Shown: piece by piece, positions 7,946-16,488 of the stretch
How the letters are laid out: each line of letters begins with the position of its first letter
Numbering within the stretch: the stretch's first letter is position 1
Source of the DNA: a virus
Lineage: Duplodnaviria > Heunggongvirae > Uroviricota > Caudoviricetes
DNA: 64,000 nt
Virus record (IMG/VR): IMGVR_UViG_3300023082_000008
Location: 1-64,000 of that record
Direction: 5' to 3' (one strand)
Made by a program: the position numbers and the translations under genes
The notes under the pieces: generated by a model
Database searches by the model: none
The model's input: only the letters and a program-made list of their open reading frames with translations
Told to the model about the DNA's origin: nothing

Positions 7946-8161
7946 TTGCCCGGACCTCAATCCGTCCCAAATGGGGACACAACAATCGTGCGCGGACATG
8001 TGAATGAAGTATTCATGTGTGACCTGCACAATAAAGAGTACGATCACAAGGACCACACAGAAACATATCGCAAGGAAGATGGACTTCTTCTCTGCCGTAT
8101 GGTATCCTTGAGGGAGTACCTAGGCAAGCGTAACAGGCTTGTGACAGGAAAGACAAAGTAA
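7946..8161 (+). CDS. hypothetical Cys/His-rich protein
   Basis: 71-aa ORF containing CDLHNKEYDHKDHTETY...LLC. Confidence 0.45.
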   Translation: MPGPQSVPNGDTTIVRGHVNEVFMCDLHNKEYDHKDHTETYRKEDGLLLCRMVSLREYLGKRNRLVTGKTK

Positions 8162-8169
8162 TCTAGTGA

Positions 8170-8230
8170 CTGATCCCGATAACACGGTACGCACATGAAA
8201 ATGGAGACGTATCCCGGTAGTACGGTCAGC
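8170..8230 (+). repeat. about 61-bp dispersed repeat, copy 1 (partner at 28982-29042)
   Basis: CTGATCCCGATAACACGGTACGCACATGAAAATGGAGACGTATCCCGGTAGTACGGTCAGC matches the second copy at about 80% identity. Confidence 0.6.
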
Positions 8231-8452
8231 ATGGATAATTTAAGATGACTGCCGGTCTATGCTCCACGTAGGGTGCACCTACAAAGTCCTTGAGGCTTGA
8301 TACGGAATGGGGAAGCGCGGTAGTTGTCAACTATAACTGAATAGGTCGGGTGCTATCAACAGCACGGTGGGAATTATCCCTAGGGGAAACCTTATACTCT
8401 GTGTTTGCAAAATGGACGATCTGGTACACAAGTCAGGTCACCCGACCAACAT

Positions 8453-8522
8453 GCCCCACGTGCCGGATGCACAATTGAGCCTTCTAATCTCTATTTGCCG
8501 AGTTCGACTCTCGGGTGGGGTA
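8453..8522 (+). tRNA. tRNA with atypical anticodon arm (possibly TCT, Arg); CCA encoded at 8523-8525
   Basis: Acceptor GCCCCAC pairs with GTGGGGT. T arm CCGAG-TTCGACT-CTCGG. Discriminator A then CCA. Only 70 nt long; the anticodon stem is ambiguous. Confidence 0.5.
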
Positions 8523-8602
8523 CCAGAAATCACAGAGTTAATGACTTTGGTCAAATAGCCTAATTAACTATTTGATTAGCGTATGTGAGATTTCGTTAAT
8601 TT

Positions 8603-8674
8603 GCGCTTGTAGTTCAGAGGCAGAACATTGGTTTCCTAAACCAACGGTCGCGGGTTCGAATCCCGCCAAGCGCA
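8603..8674 (+). tRNA. tRNA-Arg (anticodon CCT)
   Basis: Acceptor GCGCTTG pairs with CAAGCGC. D stem GTTC/GAAC. Anticodon arm TTGGT-TTCCTAA-ACCAA. T arm GCGGG-TTCGAAT-CCCGC. Confidence 0.85.
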
Positions 8675-8938
8675 CGGCGGAAGGTCCGGTGCCAACTCCG
8701 GTACCCTGCATCGAATAGTCTAAAATTGTGAGTACGCGTAGCGGAAAGCATCAACTGACGAAAGAGCAGGCGAAGTTCTCAGTAGAACACCGCATTTATT
8801 TGTACCGTGAGGACCGAAGCGTCTGGCCATAACAAATTCCAGTGGTCGGGTAGCGGGGTGAGGTCTGATACTGTCGAAGGGAATCTCCCAAGAGTAATGG
8901 ATTGTGAGGGAGAGCGGTATAATTTACTTAGAGTCGAC

Positions 8939-8968
8939 TTGACTTTATCATTCACAGTCTGCTAGACT
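8939..8968 (+). promoter_or_regulatory. promoter TTGACT-18-TAGACT upstream of the prs-nadV operon
   Basis: TTGACT 8939-8944, TAGACT 8963-8968. About 80-nt structured leader before prs. Confidence 0.55.
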
Positions 8969-9049
8969 GTACCTAGGAAGTTTTCAGAAGCGTTCGAACA
9001 AGCGGCTTCGCTTCCTCAAGGCCCTTCGTGGCCCAGAAAGGATAAAACA

Positions 9050-9931
9050 ATGTTCACTGATGAAATTCAGGTTGCATATACCACAAAGTTTGTGCATCCT
9101 TCAAATATGCTACCGACTCGTAACGATTTGGTAAAATTCAACGCTGATCTAGGATCATACCCAGACGGTATGCCCTTTATCAAGCAAGACGCTGTTCGTG
9201 ATCTGCACAAGGCAGACCTTACAGTCGTTATTCGCCAGAAGAGCCTAGAGTCGTTCGTTACCGGCCTGTTTATGGTGGATGCCCTACGCGAACGAGGCAA
9301 CTTTGTTCGCAAGTTGGTGCTGCCATTCATTCCCGCAGCACGACAGGATCGGATCAACCCCGAGGGAGATTATCTCTTTACCCTCAAGTCCGTTGCGAAG
9401 ATGATCAATGATCGCAACTTTGATGAGGTTGTTGTCCTTGATCCTCACAGCACAGTGGCCACGGCTCTTATTGACCGTGTCCGCGTTTTCCCAATCGCAG
9501 ATATGCTGCACAAGTTCTGGGTTGGATATGACGCTGTCATCGCTCCCGATAAGGGCGCGGTAGGACGTGCACAGGAAGCAGCCGATGCCCTAAACATCAT
9601 TAACGGAACCAACATGCCCGTTATCCACGCAGACAAGACACGTGACGTTGCTACTGGCAAGTTGACCGGGTTCGATGTTAGCGTAGAGGCAGGCAAGCAC
9701 TACCTTGTCTTTGACGATATTTGCGACGGTGGTGGTACCTTTATTGGTCTTGGAGACAAGATCGTACAGCAAGGTGCTTCGGCTGGACTCTTCGTCACCC
9801 ATGGTGTATTCTCCAAGGGCACAGGAGTGCTAAGCAACATTTACGGTGCAATTACAACAACAGACTCCACACTATTCGACAAGCACGACGTTCGGGTCAT
9901 CCCGGTCGTTGAAAGGATGATCATTTCATGA
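9050..9931 (+). CDS. prs: ribose-phosphate pyrophosphokinase (PRPP synthetase)-like
   Basis: VVLDPHS and LVFDDICDGGGT (PRPP-binding loop) motifs. Classic phage pairing directly upstream of nadV with ATGA overlap. Confidence 0.75.
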   Translation: MFTDEIQVAYTTKFVHPSNMLPTRNDLVKFNADLGSYPDGMPFIKQDAVRDLHKADLTVVIRQKSLESFVTGLFMVDALRERGNFVRKLVLPFIPAARQDRINPEGDYLFTLKSVAKMINDRNFDEVVVLDPHSTVATALIDRVRVFPIADMLHKFWVGYDAVIAPDKGAVGRAQEAADALNIINGTNMPVIHADKTRDVATGKLTGFDVSVEAGKHYLVFDDICDGGGTFIGLGDKIVQQGASAGLFVTHGVFSKGTGVLSNIYGAITTTDSTLFDKHDVRVIPVVERMIIS

Positions 9932-11388
9932 GCGCAGCAGACGCACTATTTTACACAGACGGTTACAAGTTGGGTCACATTCACATGTACCCCGAGAAGA
10001 CAGAGTTTGTTCTGTCCAACTTCACTCCCCGTACCAGCCGCATCAAGGATATCGACAATGTCGTGTTCTTCGGTCTACAGCACTGGCTGGCTGAGACGCT
10101 GGGTGAAACGTGGGGTCGCTTCTTCGCTGGTGACATTGAAGAGATTGTCGCTGAGTACGAGGACTTCCTGTCCAACTACCTCGGACCCAACACGGTTGGT
10201 TCGCAGCAGTGGCGCGACCTGCACGCTCTGGGCTACCTGCCACTAGAATTCCGCGCGGTACCTGAGGGTTCCAGCGTTCCCCTGCGAGTTCCTATGTTTA
10301 CCGTAGAGAACACGCACAAGGACTTCTACTGGCTGGTGAACTACCTTGAGACCAGCATGTCCAACGCTCTGTGGATGCCTTGCACGTCGGCAACCATTGC
10401 CAAGCGTATGCGCACAATGCTGAATGAAAAGGCACTCAAGACCGGCAAGACGGTAGATGACGTGGCATTTGGTGGTCATGATTTCTCCATGCGCGGTATG
10501 AGCGGACTTGATGCCTGCCAGACCAGCGGAGCAGCACACCTTGTTTCCTTTACGGGAAGTGACAGCCTGCCTGCCATTCGATTTGTTAAGAAGTTCTACC
10601 CAACCGATTCGTTCATTGGTGGTGGCGTTCCTGCAACTGAGCATGCCGTGATGTGCGCGGGCGGTAAGGAATCCGAGATTGAGACATTCCGTCGTCTTCT
10701 TCGTGACAACCCCACAGGTATCCTAAGTGTTGTTTCTGACACATGGGACCTATGGCGAGTACTCACGGTCTACCTGCCAGAACTCAAGGATGAGATTATG
10801 GCTCGTGAGGGCACGCTGGTTATTAGACCAGACTCCGGTAACCCTTCGAATATCCTGATGGGTGATCCGGACGCTGAGGCAGGCTCGCCAGCATCCAAGG
10901 GTGTTGTCAACCTGCTCGCAGAGGTCTTCGGAACCACGACCAACGAGGCAGGATTCAAGAGCCTTGACAGCCATGTCGGTGCTATTTACGGTGATTCGAT
11001 TAACTTCGAGCGTGCCGACGATATCACCAACCGTCTGATTGAGCAGGGCTACGTTGCTACGCAGGTTGTTCTGGGAATGGGTAGTTACGGCTACCAGATG
11101 AACACTCGTGACACGTTCGGCTTCGCTATCAAGGCGACGAATGTCGTTATTGATGACGTCGAGACGCCCATCTTCAAGGACCCGATCACGGACGACGGCA
11201 CGAAGAAGTCTCTCAAGGGACGTATCGCGGTGTTCGAAAACTCTAGTGGTGAGTTGGCGGTTGCAGACAATCAGGCTCCGGGCAGTGCAATGCTGGATAA
11301 CAGCCTGCTCAAGCCGGTATGGAGAAACGGAAAGTTCATCAAGGAATACACCTTTGATGAGGTCCGTGAAAATGCCCTCCGAGCATAG
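9928..11388 (+). CDS. nadV: nicotinamide phosphoribosyltransferase (NAMPT/NadV)
   Basis: Full-length similarity to NAMPT: DGYK at the N-terminus, FGLQ, AVPEG, FTVENT, DFSMRG, AHLVSF and IRPDSGNP blocks. Confidence 0.9.
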   Translation: MSAADALFYTDGYKLGHIHMYPEKTEFVLSNFTPRTSRIKDIDNVVFFGLQHWLAETLGETWGRFFAGDIEEIVAEYEDFLSNYLGPNTVGSQQWRDLHALGYLPLEFRAVPEGSSVPLRVPMFTVENTHKDFYWLVNYLETSMSNALWMPCTSATIAKRMRTMLNEKALKTGKTVDDVAFGGHDFSMRGMSGLDACQTSGAAHLVSFTGSDSLPAIRFVKKFYPTDSFIGGGVPATEHAVMCAGGKESEIETFRRLLRDNPTGILSVVSDTWDLWRVLTVYLPELKDEIMAREGTLVIRPDSGNPSNILMGDPDAEAGSPASKGVVNLLAEVFGTTTNEAGFKSLDSHVGAIYGDSINFERADDITNRLIEQGYVATQVVLGMGSYGYQMNTRDTFGFAIKATNVVIDDVETPIFKDPITDDGTKKSLKGRIAVFENSSGELAVADNQAPGSAMLDNSLLKPVWRNGKFIKEYTFDEVRENALRA

Positions 11389-11473
11389 GTACAAGTACAC
11401 AGTGATCTTCCGGGACGGTACGTTTTATCAGGGGGATGTGCCGCCACCGGAGAAAACTGCTTGGGATTATCCC

Positions 11474-11502
11474 TTGACACACCTGTTCCTGTCGTATAAA
11501 AT
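11474..11502 (+). promoter_or_regulatory. promoter TTGACA-17-TAAAAT
   Basis: TTGACA 11474-11479, TAAAAT 11497-11502. Upstream of a small membrane-peptide gene. Confidence 0.4.
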
Positions 11503-11564
11503 GACTGGTACACGAATTGTTCAAGCCTACAAAGACTTGGCAATCACAACCATTAGGAGTCAAC

Positions 11565-11675
11565 ATGCTTGGATTCGCTCTCATTGTCATCGCTGGTCTG
11601 GTCACCAAGGTCGTTAAGGACGTTACCAACCTGCCCAACCCTGTTACTCCTGAGAATCAGGGCGCGATCCTTTAG
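11565..11675 (+). CDS. small membrane peptide (36 aa)
   Basis: MLGFALIVIAGLVTKVV... with an AGGAGT ribosome-binding site 5 nt upstream. Confidence 0.45.
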   Translation: MLGFALIVIAGLVTKVVKDVTNLPNPVTPENQGAIL

Positions 11676-11715
11676 TTGACACACACATGGAGCCTGTGTT
11701 AAACTGGTTCTACAA

Positions 11716-11787
11716 GCCCGAATGGTCCAATGGACATGACGCGACGCTACGGACGTTGAGATGGAGGTTCGATTCCTCTTTCGGGTA
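11716..11787 (+). tRNA. tRNA-Arg (anticodon ACG)
   Basis: Acceptor GCCCGAA pairs with TTCGGGT. Anticodon arm CGACG-CTACGGA-CGTTG. T arm GGAGG-TTCGATT-CCTCT. Confidence 0.75.
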
Positions 11788-11789
11788 CT

Positions 11790-11861
11790 GTGTACGTGGC
11801 AGATAGGTAATGCCCTCGGTTGTGATCCGAGACCATGCGGGTTCAAATCCCGTCGTACACC
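11790..11861 (+). tRNA. tRNA-His (anticodon GTG)
   Basis: Acceptor GTGTACG pairs with CGTACAC. Anticodon arm CTCGG-TTGTGAT-CCGAG. T arm GCGGG-TTCAAAT-CCCGT. Confidence 0.8.
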
Positions 11862-11895
11862 CCATTTGAACCGTCACCTAGAGTAAGGCTATGTT

Positions 11896-12102
11896 ATGAA
11901 AATTAGGCCACTCAGCCGCAGGATGGAAAATTTTCTGTTTATTTCAATCGTGTTAATTGTTGTACTAGTAATTCCAACAATTATAGTTGCTTACACATAT
12001 GAAGAAAAGCCAAGTTCTCACCAACAGTGCCGAGTCGCTAACGGCCAGTGGGTTGACGGACCTGCAACGCGCCCGTACTGCATCTACCCTAGGGGATATT
12101 AA
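11896..12102 (+). CDS. small membrane/secreted hypothetical protein
   Basis: 68-aa ORF with TM segment FLFISIVLIVVLVIPTIIVAY and Cys residues in the C-terminal part. Confidence 0.5.
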   Translation: MKIRPLSRRMENFLFISIVLIVVLVIPTIIVAYTYEEKPSSHQQCRVANGQWVDGPATRPYCIYPRGY

Positions 12103-12542
12103 TGAAGGTTACAGAAATTCAGGGTGATCTATTTGCAGACCTTAAGGTAGGTGATGCAGTAGCGCATGGAGCGAACTGCCGTGGAATCATGGGAGCCGGT
12201 GTGGCAAAAGCAATCAAGGCCAAATTCCCCCAGAACTTTAATTACTACAATCAGTTTTGCAATCGAGATATGTTTAAGCCCGGAGACATTATCCCTTTTC
12301 AGGAAAATGGCTTTGTAATCTACAACCTTGGCACTCAGTATGAACTCGGTGCTGATGCCAAGGTTGAAAACGTCAGGGTCTCTGTCCGTTCCATGGTTTC
12401 TCACGCAGCGACATACACGGACCTTAAGCAGATCAAGACCGTGCGTCTGGGCTGTGGAATCGGTGGTCTGGACTGGGACGAAGTGAAGCCGGTACTTGAA
12501 GAGATTCCCTCGGAACTAGAATTAATCGTTTATTACTTCTAA
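12102..12542 (+). CDS. macro-domain protein (ADP-ribose binding or hydrolase)
   Basis: GDLF...AHGANCRGIMGAGVA is the macro-domain nucleotide-binding loop. 146 aa, typical length for a stand-alone macro domain. Confidence 0.7.
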   Translation: MKVTEIQGDLFADLKVGDAVAHGANCRGIMGAGVAKAIKAKFPQNFNYYNQFCNRDMFKPGDIIPFQENGFVIYNLGTQYELGADAKVENVRVSVRSMVSHAATYTDLKQIKTVRLGCGIGGLDWDEVKPVLEEIPSELELIVYYF

Positions 12543-12579
12543 AGGTTGCTATTAAGCATTCACGTGGTATGATTGAGAC

Positions 12580-13041
12580 ATGCTAAGCACAGTTCAGCGC
12601 TATCTCAACCGCCTTGTATGGAAAACTCCTCGACAGCGGTTTACCACATTTCTTCAAATTGGAATTATTCACACATTAATTTTTGGCCTGGCATTTACAC
12701 TTTTTTCAGGCACACATATTGTAGATGAATTACAGTTGTTTCAATTTACATCAGAATATTTGCCAAACATACCTGGAAATTTGTGGGGAGCCTTACTATT
12801 ATTGGTAGTTTTTGGACATATTTGCGAAATGATATTCAGAGGTAAAGGAATCGGTTCTGTTACGGCCATGATAGGATTCATGTTGTGGTTGTACGCGGCA
12901 TTGTCTTATATCTCTTTAGGATTGTACGCGTCAGTATTTTTAGTTTGTTTTTGGCCTGTTTGTTTTTGGATTTGGTATTATGCTTCGGCAATTATCTACA
13001 AGAAACAACTTGACAGGGGCCTCATCAAGCCTGTAGACTAG
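12580..13041 (+). CDS. polytopic membrane protein, family paralogue 1 (related to 36703 and 37128)
   Basis: Four predicted TM helices. Shares the C-terminal FWxW...Y motif with the two tandem paralogues. Confidence 0.6.
   Translation: MLSTVQRYLNRLVWKTPRQRFTTFLQIGIIHTLIFGLAFTLFSGTHIVDELQLFQFTSEYLPNIPGNLWGALLLLVVFGHICEMIFRGKGIGSVTAMIGFMLWLYAALSYISLGLYASVFLVCFWPVCFWIWYYASAIIYKKQLDRGLIKPVD
13010..13039 (+). promoter_or_regulatory. promoter TTGACA-18-TAGACT
   Basis: TTGACA 13010-13015, TAGACT 13034-13039. Drives the tRNA-Cys cluster. Confidence 0.55.
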
Positions 13042-13045
13042 AAGT

Positions 13046-13144
13046 GTCAGTCCGAGGGTGGGCGATGATAAGGCAGAACTGGACCTGTTAGTTGCGAGAC
13101 TAGCCGTTTACGACCATTAGGGGACGAGTTCGTGTAGGACTGAC
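13046..13144 (+). other. tRNA-sized imperfect stem-loop without a canonical T loop
   Basis: GTCAGTCC at 13046-13053 pairs with GGACTGAC at 13137-13144, enclosing internal helices. No TTCGA-type loop is present. Confidence 0.3.
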
Positions 13145-13150
13145 ATTCAT

Positions 13151-13222
13151 GGCGCTGTGACCGAGTGGCATAGGTAGTGGATTGCAACTCCACTTACGTC
13201 GGTTCAATTCCGACCTGCGTCT
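13151..13222 (+). tRNA. tRNA-Cys (anticodon GCA); CCA encoded at 13223-13225
   Basis: Anticodon arm GTGGA-TTGCAAC-TCCAC. T arm GTCGG-TTCAATT-CCGAC. Acceptor GGCGCTG pairs with CTGCGTC with one mismatch. Discriminator T then CCA. Confidence 0.7.
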
Positions 13223-13422
13223 CCATCAATCTTGAGAGGGCGGTAGGTGAAAAAGGGATTATAGTAGCCAGTCAACCAAACCAGAATCCCCGAAAGACAC
13301 AGGTTGAATGTCGTGAGACAACAATGCTAACTGTTAGGGTTGACACCAACTTTTCAACATGCTACACTTGACTTGTCAGGGAATCAGAGGATTGGCATTA
13401 ACCTCTATAAACATTGCCTCAT

Positions 13423-13495
13423 GCCGATTTAACTCAGTGGTTAGAGTGTCTCGTTTACACCGAGAGGGTCGGGGGTTCGAATCCCTCAATCGGTA
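13423..13495 (+). tRNA. tRNA-Val (anticodon TAC)
   Basis: Acceptor GCCGATT pairs with AATCGGT. D stem ACTC/GAGT. Anticodon arm TCTCG-TTTACAC-CGAGA. T arm GGGGG-TTCGAAT-CCCTC. Confidence 0.8.
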
Positions 13496-13695
13496 CAAAA
13501 GCGGTAAAGTACACATCGCTTAGCAGGGTAATATCCAGTTACGCCGGAAGTCCCGGCCTCTGTCTGGTTCCTGTGTCATGGTCCTGGGGCCGGTGCCCTA
13601 TTATCTTTTACACGGATTTGAGTCGGGATCAACACCCGGTGGGACTACGTACAGCCAGACCAAGGCTAAAGCCGGTATTAATCGGAAGGTCACAT

Positions 13696-13763
13696 GCCAG
13701 TAGTAGGCTTACGAAAGATCACTCATAACGATCTTGCATGGAGTTCAAATCTCCTTACTGGTA
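13696..13763 (+). tRNA. tRNA-Met (anticodon CAT), short D arm
   Basis: Acceptor GCCAGTA pairs with TACTGGT. Anticodon loop CTCATAA. T loop TTCAAAT. 68 nt. Confidence 0.55.
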
Positions 13764-13765
13764 CT

Positions 13766-13834
13766 GCGGAGTAGTGAAATGGTATCACGCGGGGCTCATA
13801 ATCCCGAATTCCTGTTCGAGTCAGGCTACCGCCT
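13766..13834 (+). tRNA. tRNA with CAT anticodon and initiator-like GGG/CCC anticodon stem; CCA follows at 13835-13837; acceptor pairing poor
   Basis: Anticodon arm CGGGG-CTCATAA-TCCCG. T loop TTCGAGT. The 5' strand GCGGAGT pairs with the 3' end only with a bulge. The three G-C pairs next to the loop resemble initiator tRNA. Confidence 0.45.
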
Positions 13835-13886
13835 CCATTTGCCCACCTGTGCATCAAAATATGGACATGCACAGTTGGGTTTTGTT

Positions 13887-13940
13887 CCCCACCGTTTCTA
13901 GAAAAATATTTCTAGGAATTGGTGGGGATTTTTATATTTT
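13887..13940 (+). terminator. rho-independent terminator closing the tRNA cluster
   Basis: CCCCACC...GGTGGGG stem containing the inner palindrome TTCTAGAAAAATATTTCTAGGA, followed by ATTTTTATATTTT. Confidence 0.6.
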
Positions 13941-13958
13941 CAATGTTACAATTGAAGT

Positions 13959-14513
13959 ATGAAGAGATTACTTGTTGCCCTTGCCATTTTCTTTGCCTTT
14001 TTTATTCCCGTGCCGGCTCAGGCTGATACGTGTGTGGACGACTTGATCAACCTAGGAACTGGTCTTTGTCTTTATGGTGGACCACAATTGCCCCGTATTT
14101 TACCTCTTGATCCTCCGCTGATTAGCAGACCAACGCCTGCGCCTACCACACCAGCACCGCAGGCCACACAGTCTCCACGTGCCTCTCAGCCAACGCAGCA
14201 GCCTGCTCAACCGGCTCCAAAAAAGACCACTGCGCCTCGACCACAGCCAAAATCAGGCAGTGTCACACAGGCTCCCAAGACCTCTGGTCCTGCAACTCCG
14301 CGTCCTTCCGCGACACCATCACGTGCTACGGTTACGCCAAGCGCGGCGGCACCAACCAAGACAGCGACACCTAAGATAGAAGAGAAACGAATTATTGTTG
14401 TACAGAAAGAGCCCAACACAATCACGGTTGGATACACTCTTGCCACGGTGCTAGGAATCGTTGCGATTGCAGTGTGTGCATCATTCCTGATCTTTTATCG
14501 CCGCCGCTCTTGA
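13959..14513 (+). CDS. secreted Pro/Thr-rich protein with C-terminal membrane anchor
   Basis: Signal peptide MKRLLVALAIFFAFFIPVPAQA. P/T/A-rich linker. C-terminal TM segment followed by RRRS. Confidence 0.65.
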   Translation: MKRLLVALAIFFAFFIPVPAQADTCVDDLINLGTGLCLYGGPQLPRILPLDPPLISRPTPAPTTPAPQATQSPRASQPTQQPAQPAPKKTTAPRPQPKSGSVTQAPKTSGPATPRPSATPSRATVTPSAAAPTKTATPKIEEKRIIVVQKEPNTITVGYTLATVLGIVAIAVCASFLIFYRRRS

Positions 14514-14538
14514 CACCCTGACGTTCATGCACTAGAGT
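14510..14538 (+). promoter_or_regulatory. promoter TTGACA-17-TAGAGT
   Basis: TTGACA 14510-14515, TAGAGT 14533-14538. Confidence 0.5.
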
Positions 14539-14577
14539 GGTACTCACAACAACTTGACCACCAACGTTAGGAAACAC

Positions 14578-15102
14578 ATGACTGACTTCGTAAAGGGCCA
14601 GACCGCTACATTCAGTGCTCGCACTAGTGTTCCTCTGTATGTCAACTCGCACAACTTCAAGACTTTCCAGAAGGGCACCACGGGAGTCATCACGGTTGTT
14701 CGAAAGAACACCATTGGTGTCACGCTTCCCTACGACGAGAAGACCAATTACGTTTTCTCTGTTCCTCGCTCGGTGCTTGAGACCCCCAACGGTGAGGTCT
14801 GGACACCCGTTGTGAAGCCAGCCACACGCAAGATTGGTGATAAGCCAGAGGGTGATCATTTGGACAAGGATGATCCCCGTATCCAGTGGATTTTCGAGGA
14901 TGCTGCACGTGTTGCCAAGAATTCGGGACATTGCTGGGAGTACGACAACCTTTGTGATCGTCTCGGTATTCCGGGTCGTCTTCGTGACATTGAGGTCAAG
15001 ACCACGATCAATGGCCTGTCCATTGTCTCGACAGTCAAGGCACGTTCCAAGGACGAGGCAGAGAAGATCGTCAAGGAAAAGATTACCGCTGCAAAGGCTT
15101 GA
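14578..15102 (+). CDS. hypothetical protein
   Basis: ORF with ATG at 14578 after an AGGAAACA ribosome-binding site. The track's TTG at 14554 would extend it. Confidence 0.6.
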   Translation: MTDFVKGQTATFSARTSVPLYVNSHNFKTFQKGTTGVITVVRKNTIGVTLPYDEKTNYVFSVPRSVLETPNGEVWTPVVKPATRKIGDKPEGDHLDKDDPRIQWIFEDAARVAKNSGHCWEYDNLCDRLGIPGRLRDIEVKTTINGLSIVSTVKARSKDEAEKIVKEKITAAKA

Positions 15103-15127
15103 CTCAGGTCGAGCGATAGTGTAGAGT
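15099..15127 (+). promoter_or_regulatory. promoter TTGACT-17-TAGAGT
   Basis: TTGACT 15099-15104, TAGAGT 15122-15127. Confidence 0.5.
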
Positions 15128-15512
15128 AGAACTTGTACCGCGCAGACCCTGACGATATGAGTCGATCACGGAAGCGCAAGCAATGTAGGCGCGGTACAAC
15201 CACGGGGATGATTTGGTATTCGACTCCGTCAATTAAATATAGATACGCAGCCAGTGTTACGGCGTTTACCAGACACTTAAAAGAGGTACGCCAAAAAATA
15301 AATGACGACTATGATGTTGTCGCAGGGGCAGAGGCTATCCTAGCCAACGCTTCGCTCGTTACAGTTTGATCCTTAGGGATTAAAGGCGGTAACGATAAGG
15401 TGGCTACCACCTTACTAACCAAAACGTAGCACCAACAGTTTATCCGTATCTGCTAAACGGATTGGTGGAATCGTTGACCGGCTTAAGCAACCGTTCAGCC
15501 CCAGTAATACCG

Positions 15513-15588
15513 GGAGCGGTACTCAATGGCTGTAATTCGTACTACAGGAAAATGACGGAACACCGGGGTTCGACTCCCCGCATCTCCA
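15513..15588 (+). pseudogene. tRNA-like element with canonical T arm but no foldable anticodon arm (probable pseudo-tRNA)
   Basis: CGGGG-TTCGACT-CCCCG then CATCTCC-A. The best 5' partner, GGAGCGG, has two mismatches. No X5-L7-X5' anticodon arm was found. Confidence 0.35.
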
Positions 15589-15605
15589 CAACAGACAGGA
15601 AACTC

Positions 15606-15920
15606 ATGGACGTTTATGAGCGTGCAGCCCAGTATCTTTTAGATAATGGCTGGGCTAAGGGCCAAATGGGTGGTAGTGGAAATCCATCTTGTTTACTAGG
15701 TGCTATTCAAGAAGTTTCTAGTTATCAGGAATTGCATATTCTTTCACGCCTACCCCGCGCGGTAGCACTAGACCTTTACCCAGAACGTGCCAATGCAAAC
15801 CTTTCAGAAGAGTATGCTACTATGAGGGGCAACCTGGTGAAGTTTAACGATCATCCGGACACAGTTCTGGCAGATATTCTAATGATTCTACGGGAATCTT
15901 CGAACAGGAGTAATTTATGA
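15606..15920 (+). CDS. hypothetical protein
   Basis: In-frame ATG (MDVYERAAQYLL...) with a CAGGAAAC ribosome-binding site, placed after the tRNA-like element. The longer track ORF would overlap that element. Confidence 0.5.
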   Translation: MDVYERAAQYLLDNGWAKGQMGGSGNPSCLLGAIQEVSSYQELHILSRLPRAVALDLYPERANANLSEEYATMRGNLVKFNDHPDTVLADILMILRESSNRSNL

Positions 15921-16462
15921 ATGCGCTAAATGAAGCAGCACGTGGTGTTAATAATGCATGGTGTAAGGGAGACCTCCGTAAAGAGGCAGAGTCGAAGGAT
16001 TCCGGCGATCAGTACTGTTCTGTGAGTCATCTAGCCCTTTCTTTGGCCAAGGCTCAGGGTCTAGAACTTTCCATTGATGGAGAGCATGTCGGTTTTTCTG
16101 AAATGATTGATAAGTATAATAAATGGTTCCTCGATGATTTCGACGGTAATGCTCCAGAAGGACTTGATGATGATACACTTGAGGGTTCTTATACTTTCAT
16201 CGACAACACTACTGAGGGCAAGTTGCTGGCCGATACCATCAAGGCAAATTTTTCCGACCGCCTTAAGGATATTCACGTAGACAATGTTTCGGATTCTTAT
16301 ATCATCTGGAATTTCAACGATCACGGCGATACTACTCGCGAAGAGGTTATTTCTATGATGGAAAAGGCAGCGGCATCCGTTGATGAACAGAGTGCATTTG
16401 AGGAAAAGACTTCTGATGACCTTGTTGCAGAGATGGATGAACTTCTCAATGAGAAGGTTTGA
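15917..16462 (+). CDS. acidic hypothetical protein
   Basis: 181-aa ORF with ATGA overlap to the upstream gene. A terminator hairpin follows. Confidence 0.6.
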   Translation: MNALNEAARGVNNAWCKGDLRKEAESKDSGDQYCSVSHLALSLAKAQGLELSIDGEHVGFSEMIDKYNKWFLDDFDGNAPEGLDDDTLEGSYTFIDNTTEGKLLADTIKANFSDRLKDIHVDNVSDSYIIWNFNDHGDTTREEVISMMEKAAASVDEQSAFEEKTSDDLVAEMDELLNEKV

Positions 16463-16488
16463 CAGTCACAGCAAGACTATGCTAGACT
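16459..16488 (+). promoter_or_regulatory. promoter TTGACA-18-TAGACT
   Basis: TTGACA 16459-16464, TAGACT 16483-16488. A GC-rich hairpin at 16499-16528 lies between the promoter and tRNA-Asn. Confidence 0.55.

Noticed and set aside
8367-8558. + strand ORF of 63 aa
   Set aside because: It covers the tRNA at 8453-8522, including its encoded CCA.
13177-13962. ORFs 13177-13371, 13414-13728 and 13738-13962
   Set aside because: They run through tRNA-Cys, tRNA-Val, the two CAT tRNAs and the terminator.
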